Made by a program: the position numbers and the translations under genes. DNA of 64,000 bases from an uncultured Bdellovibrionales bacterium (GTDB lineage Bacteria > Patescibacteriota > Minisyncoccia > Moranbacterales > UBA1568): positions 64,129 to 128,128 of the forward strand of contig CAYTED010000001.1 in the NCBI GenBank assembly GCA_964436855.1, read 5' to 3'. The notes under the pieces are model-generated. The model did not search any database and had not been told where the DNA came from. It saw only the letters and a list, made by a program, of their open reading frames with translations. Each line of letters starts with the position of its first letter. Positions within the stretch are counted from its first letter, which is position 1. Shown piece by piece: positions 10,495 to 21,024 of the stretch.

Positions 10495-13303
10495 CTTTCA
10501 ATGATTTTTCTTTCCACACGGAATATTTCAACAATGTCCAAAGACATTTGATACCATCGAGAACCGTAATCTTCTTTCCCTCTTTGATCGTCCGAGCCTT
10601 ATAACTCACCGGCACTTCCAGAATAACATATTTTTTGCGTGCGATCTTGGCAATAAGTTCCATATCGAAATCGACGCCATTTCGAGTGAACTGCAAATCC
10701 CTGAAAATACGGGCATTGAAGCCCTTGAGGCTCGTGAGGGGGTCACCAACAAAGCGATGATAAATAACGAGCGTTAAAATACTCAATAGTGCCCCGCCAT
10801 ACTTGCTGATAAGATAAAGAAAGCCCTTCTCCCCATAAATTCGTTTCAAAGTTCCATTTAAATCATTCGTCCGGAATGCACGACTGCCAAAAACGACCGG
10901 GAATTCCTGATTTACGAGCGGTTGCACGACCCGAGCAATATCCGAGATAAGATATTCTGCATCGGAAGGAAAAAAGACAACGATATCCCCTTTCGCCTTT
11001 TCCAGACCAAGTCGTAACGCTTTTCCTCGACCTCCACTGGTACGATACACTCGTACGCCTGACTCCGCACTGGCAATTTCATAAGTCTTGTCCGAAGATC
11101 CTCCGTCAACAAAGATAATTTCTTTTTCCAAGGCAGTACCAGGAAAATGAAACCGCATCAGACCATGGAGAACACTTTTGACAGTCCGTTCTTCATTGAG
11201 CGCCGGAACAATAATCGAGACCTTTTGAGCAATATGGGCGACCTTTTTCTGCAGAGCTCCTTCAACAAGTAAAAGGAGTTCGGAAATCGTCTTACTTCCG
11301 GAATGTTTTCCTTTTTCCCCTTCCCAATCAATCCAGACAACTTTTTCCAATGGATACTCGAATGCCTTTGCATCAAAGGGAACGTAGGGGGTTTCCCCTG
11401 AAGCATTTGCTTCTGGTTTTTGGAAGAAAAACCGAGTCACCACATCCTGGCACTTCACTGCTCCATCTACCTTTCGACTCATATTAAAAAGAAATGCTCT
11501 CACGAGAGTCGTGGCATCTTCTCCAAGAATATCGTAGTCCCGCGCTATATTGGCAATAAAAATCTTTTCTGCACGGGTATTTTCCTGAATTGCTTCCGCG
11601 ATGCCCGACGTAAGATAAGAAGGCAGAAGTGATGAATATTGGGTTCCGGGTCCGTAAATAATGATATCCGCTTCCCGAAGCATTTTTTCCGCAACCGGAT
11701 TGATATCAGGAAGCGACTCTACATTTCGTAAGAGACGTATGTTATCAATCTTAAATCGACCGAGCGGATATTTTGCTTGATCAAGATACTCCGGTAAAAG
11801 AAAAATTTCCTGAATACGCGAATTATCCTGCGGTCCAACAATACTCGCCTCATCATACAAATATTTTCCATTCTCTTTCATTGCCACTAACACTCGATTA
11901 TCTCCATTTGTAATATTCAACACTCGATCACCAACTTCTGCAAAGAGAGAAAAGTTGGTTATGGCTTCATTGAAGTCCTCTCCGCTAGCGAGGTAGCACC
12001 CGGCAAAAAGGAGATTCCCAAAAGAGCAATCAGAAAATGTGAATTCCGGAAAGGAAACTATTCGTTGCTCATAATAGCGCAGGAATGCTTCAAGATACCG
12101 ACTCGCTTTCTTCGCCTGAATGAGTGCGAGTTTTTCCCTTAATACAAGAAGTTCGTGTGTAAGCTCATTGTGTTCTAAACTCACAAAGCTTCGCAATAGC
12201 AACAAAGCTTCATTTGTCCCTGTACCATCAGGAAGGCGATATTCAATCAGCTCATGCAACGCTTGCGAAGCGGTATCGGTCCTGACCTTCAGAAAGCGTG
12301 AGATATTTTTTCTGACATCAGAAGGACCAAGCATTCCTGGAATAAACCGGCGCAAAAGTCCGGTGGAGAGACCATCGTCGTACGTATTTACAAGGAGGGT
12401 AAGTTCGATATCGGGGTATTTCAGCAATGCCTCCGTAAGCGCCCCTGTCCCTCTCCCACCGGAAAACATCACTACTTTTAAATGCGCATTTGATTCTTTC
12501 ATACTCGTCATTAATGGATAAAATTCAAGAAGAGTAGCATCTGCATTATCATTGACGCCAACAGTCTCTTCAATACCCTCCAAGCGAAACGAAAGTACAC
12601 TTTCGTTTCCCGACTCAAAAAGTGGAAGCATCGGAAGAAAATTCCATTCCTTCGTAACCGGACTATATAAGATTCCTTTACTTTGCATGGAAGAGAAGAC
12701 TTCTTTCAGGCGAGATGAACGAAATGCAAAAACACCACAATCACTCTCACCGATAGCTGGCATTTTCTTACCCTCCCTTCTTTCATAAATGGATCGAAGA
12801 AGTCCGGAATGATCGCGCTCATAATGAACATACGGATCATTTCGAGAAACAAGAGGAAAAGAAAACTCCGTAGAGTGAGAATACTGTTGAATCCTCATCG
12901 TTCGATCTATGGTATCTTGTTGAATCGCGGCTTGGTCGCCCCAAATAATAAACGTGTATGGTGTGGAAATGAGTGGGATTCCCAAAGAAATAGCATCCGC
13001 CATTCCTTTTGGCTCATTTTGTATAACAATTTGATATTTCCCCTTCAACCTCCTCTCAAGATATGGTTCTACAGAAGCAACTCCTTGTGGAGAAAGAATA
13101 AAAATAAACGTTTTACATCGTGCCTCTAGACGATCGATAATCCAATCAAGAATCGGTCGTCCAGCCACTGGAAACAATATTTTTGGTTTTGAGTATCCCA
13201 AGCGACTCCCCCTTCCTGCTGCCGGAATAAGAGCCGTCCACTCATTTGCATCAGGATCTTGCTTATATCGTTCATCAACTTCATTGAGCGTGAGGATTTT
13301 CAT
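10454..13303 (-). CDS. Tri-domain fusion of 949 aa: N-terminal sugar/phospho-acid nucleotidyltransferase (NTP_transferase/MobA-like), central CofD/YvcK (UPF0052) family domain, C-terminal GT2 glycosyltransferase
   Basis: N-terminal [29 protein letters not shown] (G-x-G-x-R-L NTP-transferase loop). Middle [11 protein letters not shown]...[16 protein letters not shown] and [18 protein letters not shown] match the YvcK/CofD signature (compare YvcK GGGTG...ADDGGSSGRLR...GPGSLYTSI). C-terminal [11 protein letters not shown]...[12 protein letters not shown]...FFPSDAEY is a DPM1-like GT2. Confidence 0.8.
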   Translation of the reverse strand: MKILTLNEVDERYKQDPDANEWTALIPAAGRGSRLGYSKPKILFPVAGRPILDWIIDRLEARCKTFIFILSPQGVASVEPYLERRLKGKYQIVIQNEPKGMADAISLGIPLISTPYTFIIWGDQAAIQQDTIDRTMRIQQYSHSTEFSFPLVSRNDPYVHYERDHSGLLRSIYERREGKKMPAIGESDCGVFAFRSSRLKEVFSSMQSKGILYSPVTKEWNFLPMLPLFESGNESVLSFRLEGIEETVGVNDNADATLLEFYPLMTSMKESNAHLKVVMFSGGRGTGALTEALLKYPDIELTLLVNTYDDGLSTGLLRRFIPGMLGPSDVRKNISRFLKVRTDTASQALHELIEYRLPDGTGTNEALLLLRSFVSLEHNELTHELLVLREKLALIQAKKASRYLEAFLRYYEQRIVSFPEFTFSDCSFGNLLFAGCYLASGEDFNEAITNFSLFAEVGDRVLNITNGDNRVLVAMKENGKYLYDEASIVGPQDNSRIQEIFLLPEYLDQAKYPLGRFKIDNIRLLRNVESLPDINPVAEKMLREADIIIYGPGTQYSSLLPSYLTSGIAEAIQENTRAEKIFIANIARDYDILGEDATTLVRAFLFNMSRKVDGAVKCQDVVTRFFFQKPEANASGETPYVPFDAKAFEYPLEKVVWIDWEGEKGKHSGSKTISELLLLVEGALQKKVAHIAQKVSIIVPALNEERTVKSVLHGLMRFHFPGTALEKEIIFVDGGSSDKTYEIASAESGVRVYRTSGGRGKALRLGLEKAKGDIVVFFPSDAEYLISDIARVVQPLVNQEFPVVFGSRAFRTNDLNGTLKRIYGEKGFLYLISKYGGALLSILTLVIYHRFVGDPLTSLKGFNARIFRDLQFTRNGVDFDMELIAKIARKKYVILEVPVSYKARTIKEGKKITVLDGIKCLWTLLKYSVWKEKSLKVEYAKSINRYSSV

Positions 13304-13985
13304 ATGTCTCCCATTCCGAAAAAATCAATTCAATATCTGAAATTTTTTTTACAACAAAGTTTGCACCGGCCGTAAAAAGATCCTCCTCACTTTCCGTTCC
13401 AATAACCCCAACAACCCACATACCGGCATTTCTGCCTGCTCGAACGCCACTCGAAGCATCTTCAACCACTATACACCTCTCTGGCGCTATATCAAGCCTT
13501 TTTGTAGCTTCTTGATAGATTTCCGGTGAAGGTTTCGCTTCCTTGACCATAGACCCATCGAGAACAACAGAAAAGACATCGGAAAAACCACATTTTCGTA
13601 TAAAAAACTCCACAGTCTGTGGAGAAGCCGAAGAGACCAGTGCAAGACGGTATCTTTCCTGAAGAGCATGAACAAGCTGCTCGCTTCCAGGAGCTATTCT
13701 CCCTTCTGTTTCCAAGAGTTCGAGTGCCTTTTTCCGCTTTGCCGAAACAAGCACCCATAGCTCTTCAGAAGAAAATTTCCTCCCTCTTTCAGAAAGCACC
13801 TTGACCATTGCTTCGTCAGTCCGCATGCCGGCTACCGAAGCATATGAGAAATCACTTATCCCAATTTCATTCAATACTTCCCGATATGCTCGCTCATGAC
13901 AATCACTGGAAAGAAAAAGAACGCCATCCATATCGAATATCACCGCCTCGATATGCCCGAGATTATTTTTCATATTTTTGAGCAA
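13281..13985 (-). CDS. HAD-superfamily hydrolase (beta-phosphoglucomutase/phosphatase-like)
   Basis: IEAVIFDMDGVLF (DxDG motif I) and downstream HAD motifs; 23-nt overlap with the downstream fusion gene. Confidence 0.75.
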   Translation of the reverse strand: MLKNMKNNLGHIEAVIFDMDGVLFLSSDCHERAYREVLNEIGISDFSYASVAGMRTDEAMVKVLSERGRKFSSEELWVLVSAKRKKALELLETEGRIAPGSEQLVHALQERYRLALVSSASPQTVEFFIRKCGFSDVFSVVLDGSMVKEAKPSPEIYQEATKRLDIAPERCIVVEDASSGVRAGRNAGMWVVGVIGTESEEDLFTAGANFVVKKISDIELIFSEWETYENPHAQ

Positions 13986-14898
13986 CTATCCGCGATTGCC
14001 CGATCCAGTATTTGATAGGAAGCGATCCGAGACCAATTTTCTCGACTATTTTTCCGATATACTTGAAAAGAAAAAAGTGTTGTCTAGCCCGATACAACAC
14101 ATAACCCAATTCCAGGGTTTGCCAGTGCATTCCAATATCAACCACCTGAAAACCAGCTTTTCGAAGCTGTTTCCGAATAGTCTTCCTCGTATAGTACACC
14201 AAATGAACACTCAAAAGAAATGGCCATTTCCTCCCCAGAAGCCGTGCGGCAAAACTGCCAAAATCAGGGTAATTGACTACAAGCAATCCATCCGACTTTA
14301 AAATTCGATGTATCTCTTTGAGTTCAGCGCTTGGATCCGGAACATGTTCAATAACATCCCATAGCGTGACAAGATCGAATGTCGCATCCGGAAAAGAGTG
14401 ATCGAATAAAGTTCCCGTACGGACATCAAGATGATGTTTTGAGCGCGCGTATTCACTCAGCCATTTACTTGGCTCAATACCAATAGCCGATACCCCAAGT
14501 CCTTGAGCGGCACGAAGGAACGCTCCACCGGCACAACCAATATCCAACACCTTGGTATCATTGGAAAAACGCAAGTGAAATTTTTTTTGAAGCCATTGAA
14601 GTGCCGCAGTAAACGTCCGGATACGCATCAAATCTTGCTCCACGAAAGCCCTATCCTCTCCTTCAGCGTAAGAATCAACGATCATCTCTGAACGAAGACG
14701 AGGATTCAAATAAACAAGCCCGCACTTCGTGCACCGAACCACTTGTTCAAAAATCGTCTGATCGCTTGACGATCGATAGACTCTTGTCAGAAAATCTCTG
14801 GTCAAATTTTCTGGAAATCTTCCATGATACACTATCTGAAATTCCAAATGGGAACAAAGCGGACAAGCAATCGTCTCAAAAAAATCTTTCTGCTCCAT
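13963..14898 (-). CDS. Class I SAM-dependent methyltransferase with an N-terminal zinc-ribbon
   Basis: CPLCSH...CTKCG zinc ribbon followed by LDIGCAGGAFL motif I. Confidence 0.75.
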   Translation of the reverse strand: MEQKDFFETIACPLCSHLEFQIVYHGRFPENLTRDFLTRVYRSSSDQTIFEQVVRCTKCGLVYLNPRLRSEMIVDSYAEGEDRAFVEQDLMRIRTFTAALQWLQKKFHLRFSNDTKVLDIGCAGGAFLRAAQGLGVSAIGIEPSKWLSEYARSKHHLDVRTGTLFDHSFPDATFDLVTLWDVIEHVPDPSAELKEIHRILKSDGLLVVNYPDFGSFAARLLGRKWPFLLSVHLVYYTRKTIRKQLRKAGFQVVDIGMHWQTLELGYVLYRARQHFFLFKYIGKIVEKIGLGSLPIKYWIGQSRIVAQKYEK

Positions 14899-14944
14899 AC
14901 GTAATTTATCTTCAAAATATCCCGTTCATTATACTTTTTTGCCC

Positions 14945-16192
14945 TTAAAGAGGCAATGCGCTTCTTGCACCCTTCTCCATGTCCTTGAGAAATCTTCGAT
15001 AGTTCACTCCGAGAAAAACCAAAAGGCTAAGATTAAACACATACAAATAGAAGGCAGTGATCACAAAAAAACTCAATCCTTGAAGAAAAAGAATTCCCCC
15101 CACCATGAGTGCCAATGTATTGGCGAAAGCAAAGGCCAAAATTACGAAAGCATTTTTCTCTTGAGCAGAAAAAAAATTCGTAAAGTAAGTTTTAAAAGGA
15201 AAGAAAAAAACCAACGGAGATAATATCCACGCAAGCGACAAAGAGTCTGAATATTCCGAGCCATACACAAAAGGAAAGCATACGAATAAAAAGACTCCCA
15301 TAAAAAGAAAAGAGGCTATCCCTGAAAGAGAATTCCAGAAAAATATGCCTTGAAATGACTCTGTATCTCGAAACTCCTTAAAAAAATCTGGTAGTTTGAG
15401 GGCGATGAGCGCACCAAAATATGCTGAAAGAGCAGAAAGAGGAAAATAAGCAATTTGAAAAACCGCCACTAGCGAATATCCGAAAACAGCCCCAATAAGT
15501 ATGGGCGGAAGATTTTCCGTAAGATTCAAAAAAAATTTTTGACCCGTTACCGCAAGAGCATACCTAAAAGAAAAATCTTCTTTTTCGTTGTGATACCGAG
15601 ACTTTGCTTCAAAAAAGAACCAAACGGAAAAAATCGAGGTAACAGCAAAATAAACCGACACAATAAGAAGCAGATTGGCTCGAAAAAAAAGCAGGAGTAA
15701 CAACGCCAAAACCCATAAAAATGAAATGGATATCGATCGAAGAGCTACTGATCGAAATATCTTTTGACCCTCATAATAAGTATACCAAGGATTAAAACCG
15801 TAGAAGAAAGGAAAAAAGAAAGCAGCTACAAAAAAAGACTTCGCGACTTCCTCTGAAGAAAAATGCCATTGAAATATCCCGATACAAAAAAGAAGGATTG
15901 ATCCTATAAAACTCATTCGCAGCCCCATACGGACTGCTTGAGCTACTGATCCAAATGCTCCATGTACAACGCCTTTTAAGGCTGAAAAAGAAAGGCCTGG
16001 GAGTGAAAAAACGGAAACAAGCGCAACAATTGACAGCACATACTGAAAAGAACCATACGTTTCCTTATCCGACATCCTGGCAAATATGACGGAAACCAAA
16101 AAGCCCGCAAGCGATATAATTCCATAGCGAAACGAGATCCAAAAACCATTTCTCAAGACATGATTTCTCTCAAATTCATGAGCTACATCCAT
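14945..16192 (-). CDS. Polysaccharide biosynthesis/export protein (Wzx-like PST-family flippase)
   Basis: Polytopic membrane protein (~12 TM) with the N-terminal pattern of Wzx/PST flippases; sits in the glycan operon. Confidence 0.65.
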   Translation of the reverse strand: MDVAHEFERNHVLRNGFWISFRYGIISLAGFLVSVIFARMSDKETYGSFQYVLSIVALVSVFSLPGLSFSALKGVVHGAFGSVAQAVRMGLRMSFIGSILLFCIGIFQWHFSSEEVAKSFFVAAFFFPFFYGFNPWYTYYEGQKIFRSVALRSISISFLWVLALLLLLFFRANLLLIVSVYFAVTSIFSVWFFFEAKSRYHNEKEDFSFRYALAVTGQKFFLNLTENLPPILIGAVFGYSLVAVFQIAYFPLSALSAYFGALIALKLPDFFKEFRDTESFQGIFFWNSLSGIASFLFMGVFLFVCFPFVYGSEYSDSLSLAWILSPLVFFFPFKTYFTNFFSAQEKNAFVILAFAFANTLALMVGGILFLQGLSFFVITAFYLYVFNLSLLVFLGVNYRRFLKDMEKGARSALPL

Positions 16193-16199
16193 ATAAAAA

Positions 16200-17624
16200 T
16201 CACCTCTTCTTCAATGAAGGAAATATCCTCTGTAACACCTTTCTCACTTCACTCTGATTTTCGCCCCGTTTCACTAAGTGCTCAAGACTGACAAACACCG
16301 TATCTATGTCCATTGGGCAACATTCGTCATTTTTAAGAATAAAGACGTTTTCGGTTTTCGATTGAATGAGATTTTTTTTCTCGATATCCGTATAGAGCTC
16401 CTCCACGAGCTTTTCTCCCTTACGCAACCCGATCACACGGATTGCTACATCAGTTTCAGGAATAAGATTTTTTGAGCGAATCAGACAACGTGCAATATCA
16501 TCAATATTAATCAATTCCCCCATATTGAGGATATGGATCGCATTCGGCTTCGCAAATGCCGAACTTTCGATCACAAGCTGCGCCGCTTCCCGAATCGACA
16601 TAAAGAAGCGCATCATCTTTTTGTGCGTCACGGTTACATATTGATAGAGCATCATCTGACGTTCAAAGAGTGGGAGAACTGACCCATTGGAATTGATGAC
16701 ATTTCCGAATCGGACGATGTTAAACTTCGTCTTTCCTGACTTCAAGTGACGGATATAGTATTCGCAGAGCTTCTTCGTCGCTCCCATCACGCTCGTCGGA
16801 TTCACCACCTTGTCCGTCGAAATAAAAGTGAAATAGGGAACCTTCATTTCAATAGCAGTATCAATCACCCGCTTTGTACCGATAACATTATTGTAAACAG
16901 ACTCATCCACATTCTCCTGCATGAGATGTACGTGTTTGTACGCTGCTGCATGAAAAATCATATCCGGCTTGTATTCCGAAAAAAGCCGTTTCAACTTGTT
17001 GTCATGAAGAATACTCCCAACAACAAGCTCACATCGGTCCCGCATCCCCTGCTCCTTCAGTCGTTGTTCTAAAAGAAAGACGAGGTACTCCGAATTGTCA
17101 TATATCACCACTTTCCTCACCTCAAGATCAATCAACTGCCAGACGATTTCCGAACCGATAGATCCCGCGCCTCCGGTTACAAATACTGTTTTGCCACGAT
17201 AGAAGTTCTTCAGTTTTTCAACTCCTTTTCTCATAAACGGTCGACCAAGGAAATCTCCCGACTCGAGATCTCTGACCTCCACATACCGAACATCGCTCTT
17301 GCTGATAATACGCTGGTTTCGAGGAACAATTTTGAAAGGAATCCGAGTCTCCTCGTTTTCAAGTAAGATACTGCGAATCAACTTTCCATCTGTAGATGGA
17401 ATGGCGATGATCACCTCTTCTACATTATAAATGCCAAGCAGTTTTGGAAGATCGGAAATTTTTCCAAGAACGGATTTGTTATGCACAGCATCATCCACAA
17501 ACCCGATGACTTTCAGATCCTGATGATTCAACTTGATGTCTTGCGCAAGAAGCTTCCCTGCCCTTCCTGCGCCAACAATGATGATATTTTTTTCTTTCTT
17601 TTCAGTTAGCATATCACAGCACAC
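16200..17624 (-). CDS. Nucleoside-diphosphate-sugar 4,6-dehydratase/epimerase, CapD/PglF/WbpM-like
   Basis: N-terminal CoA-binding-like Rossmann (IIIVGAGRAGK) plus a second VFVTGGAGSIGSEI short-chain dehydrogenase domain, as in CapD/FlaA1/PglF. Confidence 0.8.
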   Translation of the reverse strand: MCCDMLTEKKEKNIIIVGAGRAGKLLAQDIKLNHQDLKVIGFVDDAVHNKSVLGKISDLPKLLGIYNVEEVIIAIPSTDGKLIRSILLENEETRIPFKIVPRNQRIISKSDVRYVEVRDLESGDFLGRPFMRKGVEKLKNFYRGKTVFVTGGAGSIGSEIVWQLIDLEVRKVVIYDNSEYLVFLLEQRLKEQGMRDRCELVVGSILHDNKLKRLFSEYKPDMIFHAAAYKHVHLMQENVDESVYNNVIGTKRVIDTAIEMKVPYFTFISTDKVVNPTSVMGATKKLCEYYIRHLKSGKTKFNIVRFGNVINSNGSVLPLFERQMMLYQYVTVTHKKMMRFFMSIREAAQLVIESSAFAKPNAIHILNMGELINIDDIARCLIRSKNLIPETDVAIRVIGLRKGEKLVEELYTDIEKKNLIQSKTENVFILKNDECCPMDIDTVFVSLEHLVKRGENQSEVRKVLQRIFPSLKKR

Positions 17625-19362
17625 CCTCCAGATTATTCCTGTAAAATTCCGCCGTTTTCAAAAGGCCCTCCTCCAGACTCCTTCTCGGCACTTTCTCCAA
17701 AATACCATATTTTGCCGCTTGTTCCACCACGCTTTCCCGGACATTTTGGTAAGAAATCTTCATTTTTGCCTTCAATACTCGCTCCTCAAGAACGGAAATA
17801 AGCCCTTCGATCGAGGTAAGCTCCCCGGAGCCGATGTCGAAGGTTCCGGTTAGACGATGTGCCAAAGCATATTCCACGAATCGAGAAATAGCCGGGGCAT
17901 ACACAAAATCACGCCTTGCCATCCGATCATGTATTTCCGTTTCCTTTCCAGCGAGAAAATTGCAGAGGAGATTTGCCACGAGACTCCCCCGACAGTACGG
18001 TCGCTGATACGGTCCGTATGTGTTGAAGAGACGAAAAAGAGTGAGTGGGATAGAATGCTTCTCACAGTATTGAACATAAAATCGCTCGAGTTCAATCTTG
18101 CGGCGTCCATAGTCAGAATTCGGATTCGCATACACAACCGCCGAAGAAAAAACAATAAGATGATGCCGCGACTGAATCCCCACATTGTTCACTAGACTCT
18201 CCTCTTCCTTAGCTATATCCCCCGGCTCAACGGAGTGATCAATAAGGTGAACGACAACATCCATATCCGTCTTCACCTGCTCGCGATACGGGTCAGCTCG
18301 AAGAAACACGTCCGATCGTTTCGTAAAAATCGAAAGCTTTCGTGCCACCGAAATACACTCGTTCCGTCCGGAAAAATATTCCGCAAGATTTCTCCCAACG
18401 AAACCCTCTCCCCCGAGAAAGAGGAATTTTTTTCCGGAAACTGAAGTGATTGGCTCCATCAAATCAACATTTTCTTGCGACAATGTTTGCACCTGTCGAT
18501 ATCGCTCATATGTTCTTCGAAGACCTTGCTCCAAATCCACCTTTGAGACAAAATGGTATTTTTCCCTTGCTTTTTCCACCGAAATACGGCTCTCTCGAAC
18601 CTCTTCCACTGGCACCCCGGTTATCCTATAAGGAATTTCTTTTCCTGCTATCGTGCTGATCCCATGAACCACATCCAACAGACTCGCGCTCCGACCAGTC
18701 GCGATATTGATCACATCATCCTTTTTGCAATGCTCTTTGATATTCAAGAGCGCAGAAACCACATCGTCGATAAAAATATAGTCGCGAAGCTGCTCCCCAT
18801 CGCCATTGATATTCAATATCTCCGGAGACTCCTCGAAAACTTTTCGAAAAACGAGCCCGATGAACCCTTTGTTTTTCTCCGAACCATACACATTGGAAAA
18901 TCGGAGAATACACAGTTGATGCTTTCCAGAAAGTTCTTTTTGAAGTAATACTTCGCACTCTGACTTAAACCGACTATATGAATCTATTGGTGAAAGCATT
19001 TGAGATTCTTCTGCTGATTCCTTGCAGTCTCCATACACAAGCACTGAAGAAGAAAAAAATATTCGTTTCTCAGGCAAGTCCTTCAGAACATCGATGATAT
19101 TTCGGATAATCCGTATCTCCGTTTCCGTATCAAAATCCCGATGGGCCTGTCCAAGAAAAATAAAAATATCTTCTCCTTCATTCAGTACTTTTTGAAGTAT
19201 TTCCGTATCGCGACTCGCATCAAGAGCTACTTCCTGTATTCCCGGAACATCTCCTTTGATACTCCTTGAAACAGAAACTACCTCCTCACCACACTGAACA
19301 AGCGTCTTTGCAAAGGCTGACCCAATAAACCCCGATCCACCAATCAATACCGTTTTCCGCAT
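17614..19362 (-). CDS. Tandem-fused double NAD-dependent sugar epimerase/dehydratase (two Rossmann SDR modules in one 582-aa protein)
   Basis: Two separate glycine-rich NAD motifs: VLIGGSGFIGSAF at the N-terminus and FLFLGGEGFVGRNL at ~aa 300, each followed by SDR-like YxxxK regions. Confidence 0.75.
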   Translation of the reverse strand: MRKTVLIGGSGFIGSAFAKTLVQCGEEVVSVSRSIKGDVPGIQEVALDASRDTEILQKVLNEGEDIFIFLGQAHRDFDTETEIRIIRNIIDVLKDLPEKRIFFSSSVLVYGDCKESAEESQMLSPIDSYSRFKSECEVLLQKELSGKHQLCILRFSNVYGSEKNKGFIGLVFRKVFEESPEILNINGDGEQLRDYIFIDDVVSALLNIKEHCKKDDVINIATGRSASLLDVVHGISTIAGKEIPYRITGVPVEEVRESRISVEKAREKYHFVSKVDLEQGLRRTYERYRQVQTLSQENVDLMEPITSVSGKKFLFLGGEGFVGRNLAEYFSGRNECISVARKLSIFTKRSDVFLRADPYREQVKTDMDVVVHLIDHSVEPGDIAKEEESLVNNVGIQSRHHLIVFSSAVVYANPNSDYGRRKIELERFYVQYCEKHSIPLTLFRLFNTYGPYQRPYCRGSLVANLLCNFLAGKETEIHDRMARRDFVYAPAISRFVEYALAHRLTGTFDIGSGELTSIEGLISVLEERVLKAKMKISYQNVRESVVEQAAKYGILEKVPRRSLEEGLLKTAEFYRNNLEGVL

Positions 19363-19419
19363 AATTTTCCTTTGTTAGAAGGATTTTTTGTATTATACTG
19401 TCAAAAGAATTCTTTGGAA

Positions 19420-21000
19420 ATGCCTAAATTTTTTCAAAAATCATCTTTTCTCCTGATATCCCTTCTTGTCCTTTTTACCGTAAAGGGTCTTTTGTTTACG
19501 ACTGCGATGCCGTTTTTTCAGAATCCGGACGAACAGGTACATTACGCCACCATACAACATCAAGCAGAGCCGCAAGATACAACGTGGCCAATAAAAAATA
19601 TTCGAATAAGCCAAGATCCTCGAAACATCAAAACCTACAATTTCTCCGATGAGCTTACCAAAGCGGCCATCGCCCTGAAGTTCGACGAGATTCATTTCGA
19701 AAAAGGAAACATACAACAGTTCTCGACCGGATCGGATATTGGACCGGAAGAGAATTCCCTTCTTTCAAGAACGCTTCCGCGCGTCATCGATACGCTTCCT
19801 GCAGCAGTCTCCGGAACCATATCATGGTATTACTTGATCGGTTCATATATCGAGCGCGCTCTCGGAGAAACGGATATATTCACCCGAATATTCGCCATTC
19901 GGATATTGTCTGTTATGCTCGGACTTCTCGTCATTTTTTTGGGATTCCGGATTGCGCACATTGTTGGATTTTCTCGCTTCGAGTCGATATGTATCACGAC
20001 ACTGCTCGTATTTCAACCGATGTTTGCCACATCGGCAGCGCAAGTGAATATCGACATCGCGCTCATTTTTTCATTTTCATTGTTCGTATATGCTGGAGTA
20101 TCGTTACTCACAATTTCGAAGTTATGGATCCCGGGTCAAGCCCGGGATGACAAACAGTGGATCAAAATGACAGGATACAGCATTCTCGCGGTACTCGCGG
20201 CCATATTCGGGTTCTATGCCAAGGGTCCGGGGATCGTACTCGTCGCTATGCTCTTTCCGCTCTTCGCATACGTTATCTGGAAATACTTTTCCTTCGATAC
20301 CAAAAAATACCTCCTGTCCCTCGCTGTGATAGGAATAATCAGTATCAGATGCATTTTTGTTTTTTTCCCGCAGTATCTCGCAAATATCACCGCGTCAGGT
20401 AATGTTTCGAAATTCTCCTCACCGGTCGTTTCGCTCTCGAAATATACTGAAAAAACTTTTGATATCGGGGAATTCCGTGAAACCGCCCTTTCCTATTGGG
20501 GAAATTTCGGCTGGCTCGATACAAGAATCAGGGAGGTGGTGTTTGAGATAATTTGGATAGTGGAAATTGTCGGATTGATCGGATTCGTGTGTTTTTTTGT
20601 TCCATGGCAAAGATTTCTCGGCTTCGCCCGCCTTTGGCGAAGTTCCACTCGAAATGACAAGTTAAGAAAAATTATTGAATACTTCGCACAAAATCGTGAT
20701 TTCCTCCCGAAAAAACGATACTTTATTCTCTTTCTCGCTATGGCAATCGCACTCCAACTCGCGATTCGTTTCTACGACTGGCGCATTTTCGATACCACCG
20801 GAAAAATCCTCATCGGCACACCTGGACGCTACTTTCTTCCAAATGTCATTGGGCATATCATTCTCCTTATCACCGGACTTGGGTTTTTCCTTCGGTCACG
20901 CGCACAATTCCATGTTCTCCTAAAGTCCCTCGTCATTATCTTTATCCTCCTAAACATATATATATTCCTCGATGTTATCATTCCACGATACTACCTGTAA
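19420..21000 (+). CDS. Polytopic membrane protein, putative GT-C-like glycosyltransferase (PMT/ArnT-like DE motif in the first loop)
   Basis: Many TM helices; NPDEQVHY motif in the first extracytoplasmic loop; divergent from the glycan operon; start set at MPKFF. Confidence 0.55.
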   Translation: MPKFFQKSSFLLISLLVLFTVKGLLFTTAMPFFQNPDEQVHYATIQHQAEPQDTTWPIKNIRISQDPRNIKTYNFSDELTKAAIALKFDEIHFEKGNIQQFSTGSDIGPEENSLLSRTLPRVIDTLPAAVSGTISWYYLIGSYIERALGETDIFTRIFAIRILSVMLGLLVIFLGFRIAHIVGFSRFESICITTLLVFQPMFATSAAQVNIDIALIFSFSLFVYAGVSLLTISKLWIPGQARDDKQWIKMTGYSILAVLAAIFGFYAKGPGIVLVAMLFPLFAYVIWKYFSFDTKKYLLSLAVIGIISIRCIFVFFPQYLANITASGNVSKFSSPVVSLSKYTEKTFDIGEFRETALSYWGNFGWLDTRIREVVFEIIWIVEIVGLIGFVCFFVPWQRFLGFARLWRSSTRNDKLRKIIEYFAQNRDFLPKKRYFILFLAMAIALQLAIRFYDWRIFDTTGKILIGTPGRYFLPNVIGHIILLITGLGFFLRSRAQFHVLLKSLVIIFILLNIYIFLDVIIPRYYL

Positions 21001-21024
21001 TCAAATGACAAGAGATAGAGGGCT

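Noticed and set aside
14939-15223. 94-aa + strand ORF at the Wzx 3' end
   Set aside because: It lies inside the Wzx-like gene on the opposite strand and has a Lys-rich, low-complexity composition.
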